Source: Mobula hypostoma
Lineage: Eukaryota
Assembly (NCBI RefSeq): GCF_963921235.1
Contig: NC_086097.1
Coordinates: 255,008,001-255,072,000 of the forward strand
Direction of reading: 5' to 3'
Length of the DNA stretch: 64,000 nt
The notes under the pieces are model-generated. The model saw only the letters and a list, made by a program, of their open reading frames with translations. It made no database searches and was not told where the DNA came from. This document shows positions 63,435-64,000 of the stretch, in pieces; the stretch's first letter is position 1, and every line of letters starts with the position of its first letter. The position numbers and the translations under genes are program-made.

Positions 63435-63754
63435 CATACATCGTAAAAGCAGCGGTCCCAAAACCGACCCCTGTGGAACTCCATTAGTAATCGGCAAACA
63501 GGTAGAGTAGGATCCCTTTATTCCCACTTCCAGTTTTCTGCCGGCCAGCCAACGTTCCGCCCATGTTAGTAACTTTCCTGTAATTCCATGTGCTCTTATC
63601 TTGTTAAGCATTTCTGAAAATCTAAGTACACCACGTCTACTACATCTCCTTTGTCTACCCTGCTTGTAATTTCCTCAAAGATTTGCAGAAGGTTTGTCAG
63701 ACAGGATTTTCCTTTCAGGAAACATGCTGGTACTCGGGTAACCATACTGGTGTA

Positions 63755-63855
63755 CCTATTCCTAGAAATGCTGCCTGACCTGCTGCGTTCACCAGCAACT
63801 TTGATGTGTGTTGCTTGAATTTCCAGCATCTGTAGAATTCCTCGTTTTTGCGTCC
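63755..63855 (+). mobile_element. Penelope-like terminal fragment (without the hammerhead part)
   Basis: GCTGCGTTCACCAGCAACTTTGATGTGTG shared with the other PLE ends; flanked by duplicated CTCGGGTAACCAT. Confidence 0.7.
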
Positions 63856-64000
63856 TCGGGTAACCATGCTGGCAATGCACAAGGCGGAACGAAAAACAAA
63901 ACATAAACACTCACCCAGCAGCCAGCTATTGCTGCACACGTTCTGGTGCTCTGTGCCAGTATGGATTTGCAACAGTGGAAACTGGAATTTCATCCTACAT

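Larger units (their letters stand above)
60979..63730 (-). mobile_element. Degenerate CR1 interrupted by a hAT element
   Basis: (TGGTCTTA)n tail; KFADGT, GVPQGSVLGP and KSCLTNLL..VYLDFQK fragments either side of the hAT. Confidence 0.88.

Overview
Eukaryotic (vertebrate) genomic DNA with no host protein-coding gene; the repeat content suggests a cartilaginous fish such as a ray or shark (inference). Bases ~1-57360 are a degenerate tandem array of ~15 units, each ~2-6 kb. Each unit is built around a + strand tRNA pair: tRNA-Ala(AGC), then an intron-containing tRNA-Tyr(GTA) ~570-580 bp downstream. There are 11 Ala copies and 13 Tyr copies plus one Tyr remnant, a mix of intact and mutated genes. 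The spacers are mostly retroelement fossils that were co-amplified with the genes: an old Rex1/Babar-like LINE remnant, a (TAATC)n-tailed non-autonomous element, a CR1 3' fragment nested in it, a ~0.8 kb internally deleted Rex1-like element nested in the CR1, and a solo LTR carrying a 23-bp VNTR. Unit-specific younger insertions include several CR1 LINEs and Penelope-like elements whose ends carry minimal hammerhead-ribozyme motifs. After the array come a CR1 with an 864-codon open frame and an internally deleted hAT transposon with an 8-bp TSD. Nearly all short ORFs in the supplied track are spurious or TE-derived. Family assignments rest on recognised motifs, not database searches, and TE boundaries without a TSD are approximate.
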